From Vulcanimicrobiota bacterium (lineage in GTDB: Bacteria; Vulcanimicrobiota; Vulcanimicrobiia; Vulcanimicrobiales; Vulcanimicrobiaceae): a DNA stretch of 64,000 nt. The DNA lies in the NCBI GenBank assembly GCA_963787625.1, contig CAWBDH010000001.1, forward strand, positions 524,175-588,174, written 5' to 3'. How positions within the stretch are numbered: the stretch's first letter is position 1; every line of letters begins with the position of its first letter. A model generated the notes under the pieces. That model saw only the letters and a list, made by a program, of their open reading frames with translations. It was not told where the DNA came from and made no database searches. The position numbers and the translations under genes were made by a program. This document shows, in pieces, positions 35,522 through 44,527 of this stretch.

Positions 35522-38500
35522 CAGAACTTGACCTTCACGCTCACGTACGCATTGAACGGTTCGCTGAGAGAGCTCGTTTGGTCGTTATACGTGCCGAAAT
35601 ACGGCTCGTAGGGATAGCGCAGGAACGTCTGAACGTTCGCACCAGGATTGTACGCATTGCCCACGGGCGGCGTGTATGGACCGCCGATGAGGTTCGTGTA
35701 CGAGCAGGTTTGATTGCTCCAGTAGTACGTGAAGGGCGTGTGCTGGCCGCCGAAGCACGTCTGCAGCAGGTTCGCGAGCGTTATGCTGACGCTGACCCGC
35801 GGCGTCAACTCGTACCCGATCTGCAGGTGTCCCAGGAGCTGCGCTGGCTCGCGGAACGCACCAATGCCGTCGAACTGTCCGGTGTAGGGGTCGGGGATCG
35901 AAAGCGTCGCGGCGCAACCCGAGCCGTTGGCGTCGAACGGACTGCCGCCCGAGCCGCCGTAGGGGTAACGCGGGTCGCCGGTGACCGTTCCCGCCAGCGG
36001 CTTCCCGCAGCCCGCTGCGGGGTCGATGCCCGGCGTCGTCAGCGGCGCCCCGTAGCGATTGCCGGCCACGAACTGGAGCGACGGCGTGATCGTCAGGCGG
36101 TCGTGCTTGTAGTTGAGCAGTAGCGTCGCGACGTACGGGAAGTTATAGGCGTTGACGCCCGAGCCGATGCCGCCGGGGAAGATCGAGAACGGGAGATATG
36201 CGGCGGACGGGTCGAACAACGAAAACGCCGGCGAACGCCAGTATGGATTCGCGATCGAGCCGGCCGTGCACGACGGATCCGGCGCGCCGCGCGGGCGGTA
36301 GCACGGCGCCGCTGGGCGACCGTTTGTCGTCGCGCCGCAGAGAGCTTCCCCGAACTGTTGTTTGCCGTACGCACTACCGCCCGGCGCGCACGCTTCGGTG
36401 TACGCGTTGTACTGTGCGATGCCGGAGTTGATCGGAGACAGCACCGTTGTGCCGTTCGGAAGCACGCTATACTTCACGGTCGCGTAAGTGTACGCAAAGG
36501 AAAGCTGTCCGGCAAACCCGTTGCGGGTGAAGTCCCCTTTGTCGAACTGGAACTCGAAGCCCGAGGACGTCTGATAGCCGGCGTTGAGACCGGAAGTGAT
36601 GCCCGCCGTGTAGTTGATGTAGAAGTTTTCCACCTGGTCTTGCGTCTTGCGCAAGAACGGCGAAAGCTTGAACGACATGTCCGTCCCATGGATGCGGTGT
36701 TCGATCGACAGGTCGCTGTTGTAAGAAACCGACGGCGCGACCGCATGTCCGGGCGTTGTGAAGCCGAGCGGGTAGAACTGCGCCAACGTATCGGGCAGGT
36801 TCTGTTCCAGAGAATTATACTGCTCGTAGGCGGCGCTGGGCTGCTCGTTGTAGCGTCCGTAGCTCGCCCGCAGCACCGTGTCGGGGTTCACGGTATAGGT
36901 CACGCCGAGTCGCGGCTGCGGGATGTTATAGTCGAACTTTCCCGGCACGTTTTGAATGTTTGCGTTGACGTATTGCTTGCCGAACGACGAGCAGGGCCGC
37001 TGCCCGTTCGTGCTCCATGGGCCGCTCCCGACGAGGGCGCTACGGTCGACGAGCGTCAGCGTCTGCGTGTCGTAGCACGTGTCCTGGTTGAAGGCATTGA
37101 ACCAGAAGTTGCGCGCCGGGCCGGTCGCAGTATTGGCGCCGACGTAGTCGTAATTGTCGACCCGGACGCCGAGATTGAAGTAGAGCCGGTCGCTCGGGCG
37201 CCACTGGTCCGTGATCGAGTATCCGGTAAAATACGGCGTCACCGTGTTGTTCAGACCGTACGTGCCGTTCTCGACCACGTAGTACGCGCAGGGGCCGCCG
37301 CCGCAGCCCACGCCGCTTACGTCGCCATGCGCCGCCGGACTGCTGAGCTTCAAGAACGTCGGCAGCAAGCCGTAGTCTACGCCGCCGGCCTGCCCGTCGC
37401 TGCACGTCGTCGGCGTCGTGTACGGGCTGCTGCCTCCCGAGAGGTGATAGCACGTGCCGCTGAATGGATGGTTCGCGTTGACCAGGACGGCGAACGCGTT
37501 GCCGTATGAATGCCCGTATGCAAACGGCTGCTCGTTGTAAATGCGTGCGCCCGTTGAGGTCGTGTACGAACCCTCGACCTCGAGCAGGTGCGCGGGAGTG
37601 ATCTGGTCGGTGAAGGCGGCGCTGACGCCCCGCGTGTGATTATTGATCTCGTAGTCGCCCGAATCGTAGTATGCATACGGCTGCAGCGACATCATCGGGC
37701 CGTTTTCGATCCAATCCGAGTAGTATGAATAGCCGTAGACTCGCAGGAACGCCGACGAGCTAAAATTCTTTTGATACTGCAGCTTCAATATCGCCTGCCC
37801 GTTGTAGCCTCGGTCGCGCTGATTGAAACCGTCGGGAATCGGTCCCTGGAAAGCGTGCGGCGGAGAGGACGGATAAAGATACGGGGTCACCAGGGAGAGA
37901 TAATTTGTGGGCAGGAGCTGGCCGATTGGCCCACGGTATTGGTAGGTATCGAGATAATACGGCGGCAAAACGCCGACGGTGTTCAGCCAGTTGCTCACTC
38001 CCTCGTCGTTTACCGAGCTCAGGAACGTCGTGAAGATCTCGTCGTTGTCGTACAACAGTTGGATATCGTCGCGCAGCGAGTCGTCGCGGTGAGGCACCGC
38101 TATGTGGACGTTGACGACCGCCGTGCGCGTCGCGACGTTGGCCGCGTTAATGGAGCCGAAGCCGATCGGACCGAGGATCCAGCCGGGCGAACCGTTGAGG
38201 CTCACGTTGGGCGCGCCATTGGTGAAACACGAGGGCAAGCTCCGGCCGAGCGATGCGGCGCTCGGACACGACCCGAGCTGCTGTCCGAACTCGTTGCTGA
38301 CCGACGCGCCGCCGAACTGGTCGACGTAGCGGTGATCCTGATTGTAGCCGCCGATTCCGACGTAGTAGGAGAAGCTGCGGCTCGGCGTCGAGCCGCCGGC
38401 CTCGAGGTCAAAGCTGTGATAGAACGTCGGCGTGCCGGCGCTCGCGTTGACCGTTGCGTAACCGGGGAAGATTCCGGTCTTGATGACCTGGTTGATGAAC

Positions 38501-39201
38501 CCGGCCAGACCTTGCGCCTCGGCGTTCGACGGCGTCGCGCCCGTATAGACTTGCAACTCGAGCTGGCCGAGCGATGACAGCGAGCCCGACGGAAAGTTGT
38601 CGAACGCGCGGTTCACCGGGATGCCGTCAAACTCGTAGCCGACTTCGTACGCATCGCCGCCGCGTACGTGAACGGCCTGCAGATAGCCGTTTTGGTTCGC
38701 CGGCACGTACGCTCCCGGCACCGATGCGATGGCGGAATATGCGCTGTTGAGCGAGCCGCCGCCACCGAGCACCGCCGTTCGTTCTTGCTGCGCCGCATTG
38801 ACCGAGTAGAGATCGGCCGTCGTGCCGGGCCGCACGAGACTCGATGCGCTCCGCGCCGTGACGTTCGCGATCGTCTTGAGCGCAGCGTGCAGCACGAGCG
38901 ACAGTGTTTGCTGGGCGTCGGCGAAGACGGCGACGCCCGCATAGGACGCCGGCGCGTATCCGCTCTTTTGCAGGGCGATCGTATATTCGTCGGGCGCGAG
39001 CGAGACGAATGCGAAATGGCCCCCTCCGTCCGTCGTTACCGTCGCGCGCTGCGACGGGCTCGTCACGCTCACGGTGACGCCGGCCAGCGGCGCCGACGTG
39101 CCGTAGTCGACCACCGTACCGCTGATGCCGCCAGTGGTCCCTGCAGCGACCGGCGCGCACAACGCGGCGACGAAAAGAATCGCGCAACCGAAATATTTCA
39201 T
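35521..39201 (-). CDS. TonB-dependent-receptor-like outer-membrane protein with an N-terminal CarboxypepD_reg domain (about 1226 aa)
   Basis: Signal peptide MKYFGCAILFVAALCAPVAAG. Carboxypeptidase-regulatory fold (GISGTVVD...GVTVSV...TTDGGGHFAF...Y). TonB-box-like LKTIANVTA. Plug motif VHVRGGDAYEVGYEFDGIPVN. A long beta-rich barrel ends in ...YVSVKVKF. An alternative ATG lies at 39216. Confidence 0.8.
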   Translation of the reverse strand: MKYFGCAILFVAALCAPVAAGTTGGISGTVVDYGTSAPLAGVTVSVTSPSQRATVTTDGGGHFAFVSLAPDEYTIALQKSGYAPASYAGVAVFADAQQTLSLVLHAALKTIANVTARSASSLVRPGTTADLYSVNAAQQERTAVLGGGGSLNSAYSAIASVPGAYVPANQNGYLQAVHVRGGDAYEVGYEFDGIPVNRAFDNFPSGSLSSLGQLELQVYTGATPSNAEAQGLAGFINQVIKTGIFPGYATVNASAGTPTFYHSFDLEAGGSTPSRSFSYYVGIGGYNQDHRYVDQFGGASVSNEFGQQLGSCPSAASLGRSLPSCFTNGAPNVSLNGSPGWILGPIGFGSINAANVATRTAVVNVHIAVPHRDDSLRDDIQLLYDNDEIFTTFLSSVNDEGVSNWLNTVGVLPPYYLDTYQYRGPIGQLLPTNYLSLVTPYLYPSSPPHAFQGPIPDGFNQRDRGYNGQAILKLQYQKNFSSSAFLRVYGYSYYSDWIENGPMMSLQPYAYYDSGDYEINNHTRGVSAAFTDQITPAHLLEVEGSYTTSTGARIYNEQPFAYGHSYGNAFAVLVNANHPFSGTCYHLSGGSSPYTTPTTCSDGQAGGVDYGLLPTFLKLSSPAAHGDVSGVGCGGGPCAYYVVENGTYGLNNTVTPYFTGYSITDQWRPSDRLYFNLGVRVDNYDYVGANTATGPARNFWFNAFNQDTCYDTQTLTLVDRSALVGSGPWSTNGQRPCSSFGKQYVNANIQNVPGKFDYNIPQPRLGVTYTVNPDTVLRASYGRYNEQPSAAYEQYNSLEQNLPDTLAQFYPLGFTTPGHAVAPSVSYNSDLSIEHRIHGTDMSFKLSPFLRKTQDQVENFYINYTAGITSGLNAGYQTSSGFEFQFDKGDFTRNGFAGQLSFAYTYATVKYSVLPNGTTVLSPINSGIAQYNAYTEACAPGGSAYGKQQFGEALCGATTNGRPAAPCYRPRGAPDPSCTAGSIANPYWRSPAFSLFDPSAAYLPFSIFPGGIGSGVNAYNFPYVATLLLNYKHDRLTITPSLQFVAGNRYGAPLTTPGIDPAAGCGKPLAGTVTGDPRYPYGGSGGSPFDANGSGCAATLSIPDPYTGQFDGIGAFREPAQLLGHLQIGYELTPRVSVSITLANLLQTCFGGQHTPFTYYWSNQTCSYTNLIGGPYTPPVGNAYNPGANVQTFLRYPYEPYFGTYNDQTSSLSEPFNAYVSVKVKF

Positions 39202-39212
39202 AGCAAAGTGTC

Positions 39213-42173
39213 TCATGGCGAAGGATGCCCGGAGCAGGCGGTCGGAACGCCATCGGGCGGCAAATGGCGCGCCAATAAGAACGCACGGTACGAAGCCATT
39301 GCGGTCGCGAACTGCAGGTGGATGGCGGCGGCTTCGCGCACGTGCGGCGGCAGAGGCGGCCCCTGCGACAGCGCGAGAACGCCCTGCAGGTTCGTCAATC
39401 GCTCGCGAAGGCGGTCAGGCATGAGCTGATCGTCCTCGGAGTTTACGACGCCCGACGTGAACGCCGCATACACACGGCGGTCGCCGCGGCGCTTACCCAG
39501 TGAGTCGAGCCGGTTGAGGGCGACGTCGATTGCCGAAAGCTCGTCTGCAAGCGACTTCAGGAATGCATGGCGCGCGGCGTATTGCGCCGGCGACCACGCG
39601 GCGCGCGGGTCGGGCCGCACGTCCAGCGCCGCTTCCGAAACGGCAGCGCCGGCATGGAGTCGAATGGCGTAGCGTCCCGGCACGACCGTCTGGCCGTCGC
39701 TTCCGGCGTTCCAGTCGCGGGCCGCGTGCCAAGGGACCGGCGCGTCTTCGGTGAGGTCCCACGACGTTCGGTTCACTCCCGGAGCGCCCGGCGCGTCAAA
39801 GCATCGAACGCGCCTGCCCGTCTCGTCGCTCACCTCGACCCACGCCGGCGCCGGCTTCGGCAGATAGTAGGTGATCGCCGCGCCGACGGGCGGATCTTCG
39901 CCGGCGAAATTACCGGCAGCGAGGCAGCACTCATCCGGGTGCGTCCCGTAACTGCCGGGCCACTGGCGATGCCACGTGTAGGCGATGGGAAGGGCGAACA
40001 GCCGTGGCACCGCGGCCCGCAGCGCCTCGCGGAGTGCGCCGATCGCGCCGACGTCGTCGAGAATCCAGAAGCCCCGTCCGTGCGTCGCCGCAATCAGGTC
40101 GTGGCGCTGCGGCTGAATTCTCATGTCGTGCACGGCCACCGAAGGCATATTGAGCCGAAGGCTTTCCCAGTGGACGCCTCGGTCGACCGTGAACCAAACG
40201 CCTTGCTCGAGCCCTGCAAACAACACGTCGGGATTTGCGGGATCTTCGCGCACCACGTGAACGTATTGGTCGGCGGGAAACCCGTTGACGATTGGCCGCC
40301 AACTCGCGCCGGAGTCGTCGGTGACGAATAGGTACGGACGGCGGTCGCCCATCACGTGGCGATCGATCGCGACGTAGGCGCGGCGCGCGTCGGCGTTCGA
40401 GGCTTCGACGGTATCGACGCGGCCCCACGGCGCGACGGCCGCCGGCGTGACGTTGCGCCAGCTCGCGCCGCCGTCGGTCGTGAGCTGTACGAGCCCGTCG
40501 TCCGTGCCTACCCAGATCCGGCCCGCTTCCACGCGTGACGGCGCGATGTCAAAGATCGTGTCGTAAAATTCCGCGCCCGACACGTCGGTGTTGATGGGGC
40601 CGCCGGCCACGCGCTGCCTGTCGGGATCGTTACGCGTGAGGTCGGGGCTGATGGCCTTCCACGTGCGTCCGAGATCGCGCGTCTGGAACAGGACGTTCGC
40701 GCCGAAATATGCGCGGCGATCGAACGCGGAAAAGGCGATCGGCGCTTCCCAGTTCGAGCGAAACGCCAGTCCCGCGAGCGCGCGCCCGTTCGTGTCGGTG
40801 ACGTCGGGCGAGATGTCGTAGTTTTGACGCGAGCGCATGTCGTAAATGCCGAGCTGACCGTTGAGCTGGCTGACGCCGACGTTCCAGATCGACGACGGAT
40901 CGCCGGGCTGCGGCCACACCCAGGAGCCGTCGCCGTCGTTGCCCACATCGCGCCAGTCGGCGTTCTCAATGCCGAGCGGGCTGAGCGAATCCGACGGTCC
41001 GCAGTACGAGTCGTTGTCCTGCAAACCGCCGCACACGTGGTACGGGTTCTGCTCGTCGTAGCCGATGCGATAGATCTGCCCAATAGCGACATTGTATCGC
41101 CAGTCCCACGTCTTGCCGCCATCCAGCGAAATCGGCGCCCCGCCGTCGTCCGCTTCGATGATACGCCGGCCGTCGCGGGAAATCCAGAAGCCGTGGTGAT
41201 CTTGGTGGACCGCCGAGGCGACGTCGCGGTACGTGATGCCTCCGTCGCGCGTCTCGATGAGATCTTCGGACGCAAAGAAAACGTGGTTGGCGTTCGACGG
41301 ATCGACGGCGAGCCGGCTCATGTAGAATGGCCGCTGGTTGACGAGCGTGTCGCGCGTCATCAGGCGCCAGTGCGCTCCACCGTCGTCCGAGCGCCAAAGC
41401 ACGCCGTGCTTGGATTGGATCACGGCGTACACGCGCGGCCCCGCGACGGCGAGGCCGATGCGGCCCATGTCGCCCACAGGGAGGCCGTTGCCCCGGAGCC
41501 GACGCCACGTCGCGCCGCCGTCTGTCGACTTGTAGACGCCGTCGGCAGCGCCGCCGCTGCTGAAGCTCCAGGGGACGCGGCGGAACTGCCAGATGCCGGC
41601 GTATACGACGTTCGCATCGCGCGGATCGACGGCGACGTCCGACGCGCCGCTCGAGGGTCCGGCGAAGAGCGTGCGTTTCCACGTGCGGCCGCCATCGGTC
41701 GTGCGGTAGATGCCGCGCGCCGTACTGCCGCGGTAGGGATCGCCGACGGCCGCGACCCAGATGCGCCGCGAGTCGCGACGATCGACGACGACTTGCGCGA
41801 TCGCCCAGGTGTCGCGCAAGCCCACGTTGCGCCAGGTTGCGCCTCCATCATGCGTCAGCCACAGCCCATCGCCGTACGACGCGTCGTTGCGAACGTTCGG
41901 CTCGCCGGTTCCAACCCACACCGTCGCTTTATTGCGGGGGTCGATCGCGATTGCGCCGATGGCACCGACCGCCTCGTGCGGCCATACGTCGCGCCACTCC
42001 AAGCCGCCGTTGGTCGTCTTCCACACGCCGCCGTCGGCGGCGCCGAAGTAGTAAAGGTTTGGATCCTGGTCGGTTCCGGCAACACCGGAGGCCCGGCCGC
42101 CGGCGAGCGCCGGTCCGATGTTGCGCCAAGTGAGATCGTGCAGGGCCGCTCCCCAGACACCGGCTGCGAGCAA
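39213..42173 (-). CDS. BNR/Asp-box repeat protein (sortilin/VPS10-like, glycosyl-hydrolase-like beta-propellers)
   Basis: About ten Asp-boxes (THDGGATW, TTDGGRTW, STDGGATW, SDDGGAHW, SLDGGKTW, TTDGGASW, TDDSGASW and others). The N-terminus reads WRNIGPALAGGRASGVAG. The stop overlaps the OMP ATG (ATGA). The start is uncertain: TTG at 42173 with only a partial signal peptide. Confidence 0.8.
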   Translation of the reverse strand: MLAAGVWGAALHDLTWRNIGPALAGGRASGVAGTDQDPNLYYFGAADGGVWKTTNGGLEWRDVWPHEAVGAIGAIAIDPRNKATVWVGTGEPNVRNDASYGDGLWLTHDGGATWRNVGLRDTWAIAQVVVDRRDSRRIWVAAVGDPYRGSTARGIYRTTDGGRTWKRTLFAGPSSGASDVAVDPRDANVVYAGIWQFRRVPWSFSSGGAADGVYKSTDGGATWRRLRGNGLPVGDMGRIGLAVAGPRVYAVIQSKHGVLWRSDDGGAHWRLMTRDTLVNQRPFYMSRLAVDPSNANHVFFASEDLIETRDGGITYRDVASAVHQDHHGFWISRDGRRIIEADDGGAPISLDGGKTWDWRYNVAIGQIYRIGYDEQNPYHVCGGLQDNDSYCGPSDSLSPLGIENADWRDVGNDGDGSWVWPQPGDPSSIWNVGVSQLNGQLGIYDMRSRQNYDISPDVTDTNGRALAGLAFRSNWEAPIAFSAFDRRAYFGANVLFQTRDLGRTWKAISPDLTRNDPDRQRVAGGPINTDVSGAEFYDTIFDIAPSRVEAGRIWVGTDDGLVQLTTDGGASWRNVTPAAVAPWGRVDTVEASNADARRAYVAIDRHVMGDRRPYLFVTDDSGASWRPIVNGFPADQYVHVVREDPANPDVLFAGLEQGVWFTVDRGVHWESLRLNMPSVAVHDMRIQPQRHDLIAATHGRGFWILDDVGAIGALREALRAAVPRLFALPIAYTWHRQWPGSYGTHPDECCLAAGNFAGEDPPVGAAITYYLPKPAPAWVEVSDETGRRVRCFDAPGAPGVNRTSWDLTEDAPVPWHAARDWNAGSDGQTVVPGRYAIRLHAGAAVSEAALDVRPDPRAAWSPAQYAARHAFLKSLADELSAIDVALNRLDSLGKRRGDRRVYAAFTSGVVNSEDDQLMPDRLRERLTNLQGVLALSQGPPLPPHVREAAAIHLQFATAMASYRAFLLARHLPPDGVPTACSGHPSP

Positions 42174-42188
42174 CAGCGCCAGCGTAGC

Positions 42189-43316
42189 CTAACGCTCCAT
42201 CACGCCGACGTAGTGGCGATCGAATGCGCTCAGCAGTCCCTCGGCGTTCGAATACGGGCCGGGCGAATATGCGCGGGAACTCAATCCGAGCTGCGTCAGC
42301 TCGTTCACGTGCCAGTCCTGACGGTTCGTCGTGTCCCAGAAACCGACGGCGTCGTTCGGGTCGAAGCCGGGCTGTGCCATCGTCTGCGGATCGAAGAGCC
42401 ACGCGCAGACCACGTCCGTGCGATCGGGCGCTCGGGGCTTTACGTAGTGCACCATGACGTAATCGGCATGCGTGCTCAGGAGCAGCGACGGAAAGATCGT
42501 GTAGTAGTAGTCTCGATCGAGATCCGCACCGTCCACGGTGCCGAGCGGGGGACGCGACCGTCGCCCGGTGGTCGTGAGGCTGCTGCCGGGCCGGCGCAGT
42601 TCCGAGTATCCGCCTAATACCGGCCCTTCCGTGAGATCGTTGCGCCCGCTGTCCGACGGCGACAGTCGCTCGAGCTGCGGATGCACGAGCGGGCAGTGGT
42701 AACATTCCGAATAGTTGAGGAACACGAGCTTCCAGTTGCACGCGAGTTCGTACGCGATCGTGCGCGCCGTTTGCAGCCGTCCGATATTCCAGCGCGCGAA
42801 CCGCCCGATCAACGCCCCAAGCGCCTCCTCGAACGTGTCCGCGGGGCCATTCGTCTGCGCTTCGACCGGTCGGATGAAAACAAATCCCTCCCACAGCGCG
42901 ACGGATGCCTCTTTGAGGGGATAGGCGTCGCGGTCGAAGCCGGATACGTCGGCCATGTTGCGCGCCGCCTTCAGCGCGCCGTCGAGGCCGTACGTCCATC
43001 CATGATACGGACACTGGATCGAGCCGTGAAAGCGGCCCGCGGCCTGTTCGCAGATGCGCGTGCCGCGATGGCGGCAGACGTTGAAGAACGCTCGGACGGC
43101 GCGCCGGTTGTCCCGCGTGACGATGAGGCTCTCGCCGGCCGCTTCGACGGTCAGGAAATCGCCGGCGCTGGCGACCTGCTCTTCACGAGCAATGCAGAGC
43201 CATTCGCGCGAAAAGATGCGCTGCCGTTCGGCCTCGAAGACGTCGGCGGAAGTGTACCAGAATGCCGGCAGCGTCAATGCGTCGGCGCCGACCGACGGCC
43301 GTTCGAACGTTTGCAT
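42189..43316 (-). CDS. Rieske [2Fe-2S] non-haem-iron oxygenase alpha subunit (GbcA/Stc2/CntA-like group)
   Basis: Rieske motif CRHRGTRICEQAAGRFHGSIQCPYHGWTY. Mononuclear iron motif LNYSECYHCPLVHP. Confidence 0.85.
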   Translation of the reverse strand: MQTFERPSVGADALTLPAFWYTSADVFEAERQRIFSREWLCIAREEQVASAGDFLTVEAAGESLIVTRDNRRAVRAFFNVCRHRGTRICEQAAGRFHGSIQCPYHGWTYGLDGALKAARNMADVSGFDRDAYPLKEASVALWEGFVFIRPVEAQTNGPADTFEEALGALIGRFARWNIGRLQTARTIAYELACNWKLVFLNYSECYHCPLVHPQLERLSPSDSGRNDLTEGPVLGGYSELRRPGSSLTTTGRRSRPPLGTVDGADLDRDYYYTIFPSLLLSTHADYVMVHYVKPRAPDRTDVVCAWLFDPQTMAQPGFDPNDAVGFWDTTNRQDWHVNELTQLGLSSRAYSPGPYSNAEGLLSAFDRHYVGVMER

Positions 43317-43429
43317 CGCCTCTCCTAAGCGGTGAGTCGAAGGTTTCTATGACGTTTGACGGAATCCGCTCCGGAGCAGCGCTTTATGTGGCCATTTGGT
43401 AGACTTAGCGCCGAAAGTTCGGGACAATC

Positions 43430-44527
43430 GTGAATAAGCCGAACGATTTGGAAACGTCGCTTCCCCGAGCCGCCTACTGGGACGATGCATTTTACGCCCG
43501 CGAGCAGCGCGCGATCTTCTGGGATCGGTGGTTCTACGCCGGACGCGCTGCCGAGCTTGCAGCAGACGGAGCCTATAGAGTGCTCGACGTGGCGGGCGAG
43601 AGCGTCATCCTGGTGCGCGACGGCAACGGCCTGAACGCGCATTTGAACTTCTGTAGACACCGCGGGAGCCGGCTGCTCTGCGGCGAGGGCACCCTGCGCG
43701 GCGCGATTCGCTGTCCCTATCACGCCTGGGCGTACGCGCTGGACGGGCGGCTCGTCGCGACGCCCTTTGTACCCTCAGACGCCGTGCCTCCGCAGGCACG
43801 GCGGCTCCATCCGGTGGGCGTTGCGCAGTGGGGCGGCTTCATCTTCGTGCGCGTCGCGAGCGGTGACGGGGACGGCGCGGACGCGTCGCTGGCGGCCCAG
43901 CTCGGCGCCGTGCCGCAACGACTCGCGCGCTATCCGTTGCAAGCGCTGCAGATCGGGCGGTCGCTGCACTACGAGGTTGCAGCGAACTGGAAGGTCGTGC
44001 TCGAGAATTACAACGAGTGCTATCACTGCGCGGGCGTGCATCCGGAGCTCTGCCGCATCGTTCCGGCGTTCCGCCACCAAGGCGGCGCCGAGCTCGATTG
44101 GGAACGGGGCATTCCGCACCGCGGCGGCGCCTGGACCTTCACCGCAGACGGCACGAGCGCTCGCGCGCCGTTCCCGACGTTGAGCGAGGAGGAGAAGACG
44201 CGCCACAAGGGCGAGCTCATTTACCCGAACTTTATGCTTAGCCTCGCTGCCGATCACGTGGCAGCGTTCTCGCTGTGGCCGCGTGGGCCGTCGGCGACGG
44301 CCATCGTCTGCGACCTTCTCTTTCACTCGGACGAGGCCGCGAAGCGGAGCTTCGATCCTACGGACGTCGCGGGATTCTGGGATATGGTAAACCGGCAGGA
44401 TTGGGCGGTGTGCGAGGGCGTGCAGGCCGGAATGCGCTCGCAAGCGTTCGATCGCGGATACTACGCGCCGATGGAGGATGCGAGCCTCGACATCCGCCGC
44501 TACATCGCCGCGCGGCTCGACGAATGA
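43430..44527 (+). CDS. Rieske [2Fe-2S] non-haem-iron oxygenase alpha subunit (paralogue)
   Basis: CRHRGSRLLCGEGTLRGAIRCPYHAWAY and ENYNECYHCAGVHP. GTG start at 43430. Divergent from the first Rieske gene. Confidence 0.85.
   Translation: MNKPNDLETSLPRAAYWDDAFYAREQRAIFWDRWFYAGRAAELAADGAYRVLDVAGESVILVRDGNGLNAHLNFCRHRGSRLLCGEGTLRGAIRCPYHAWAYALDGRLVATPFVPSDAVPPQARRLHPVGVAQWGGFIFVRVASGDGDGADASLAAQLGAVPQRLARYPLQALQIGRSLHYEVAANWKVVLENYNECYHCAGVHPELCRIVPAFRHQGGAELDWERGIPHRGGAWTFTADGTSARAPFPTLSEEEKTRHKGELIYPNFMLSLAADHVAAFSLWPRGPSATAIVCDLLFHSDEAAKRSFDPTDVAGFWDMVNRQDWAVCEGVQAGMRSQAFDRGYYAPMEDASLDIRRYIAARLDE

Noticed and set aside
42160-42200. The Rieske oxygenase ORF and the BNR-protein ORF are in the same frame, separated by a single TAG (...VMER * ATLALLLAAGVWGAA...). 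This suggested a readthrough fusion or a mis-called stop.
   Set aside because: The residues after the TAG look like the hydrophobic core of a signal peptide, which makes no sense inside a cytoplasmic oxygenase. Sharing a frame has a one-in-three chance. The real oddity is only that the BNR protein lacks a clear start and n-region (CTG/TTG candidates), so its start coordinate is uncertain.
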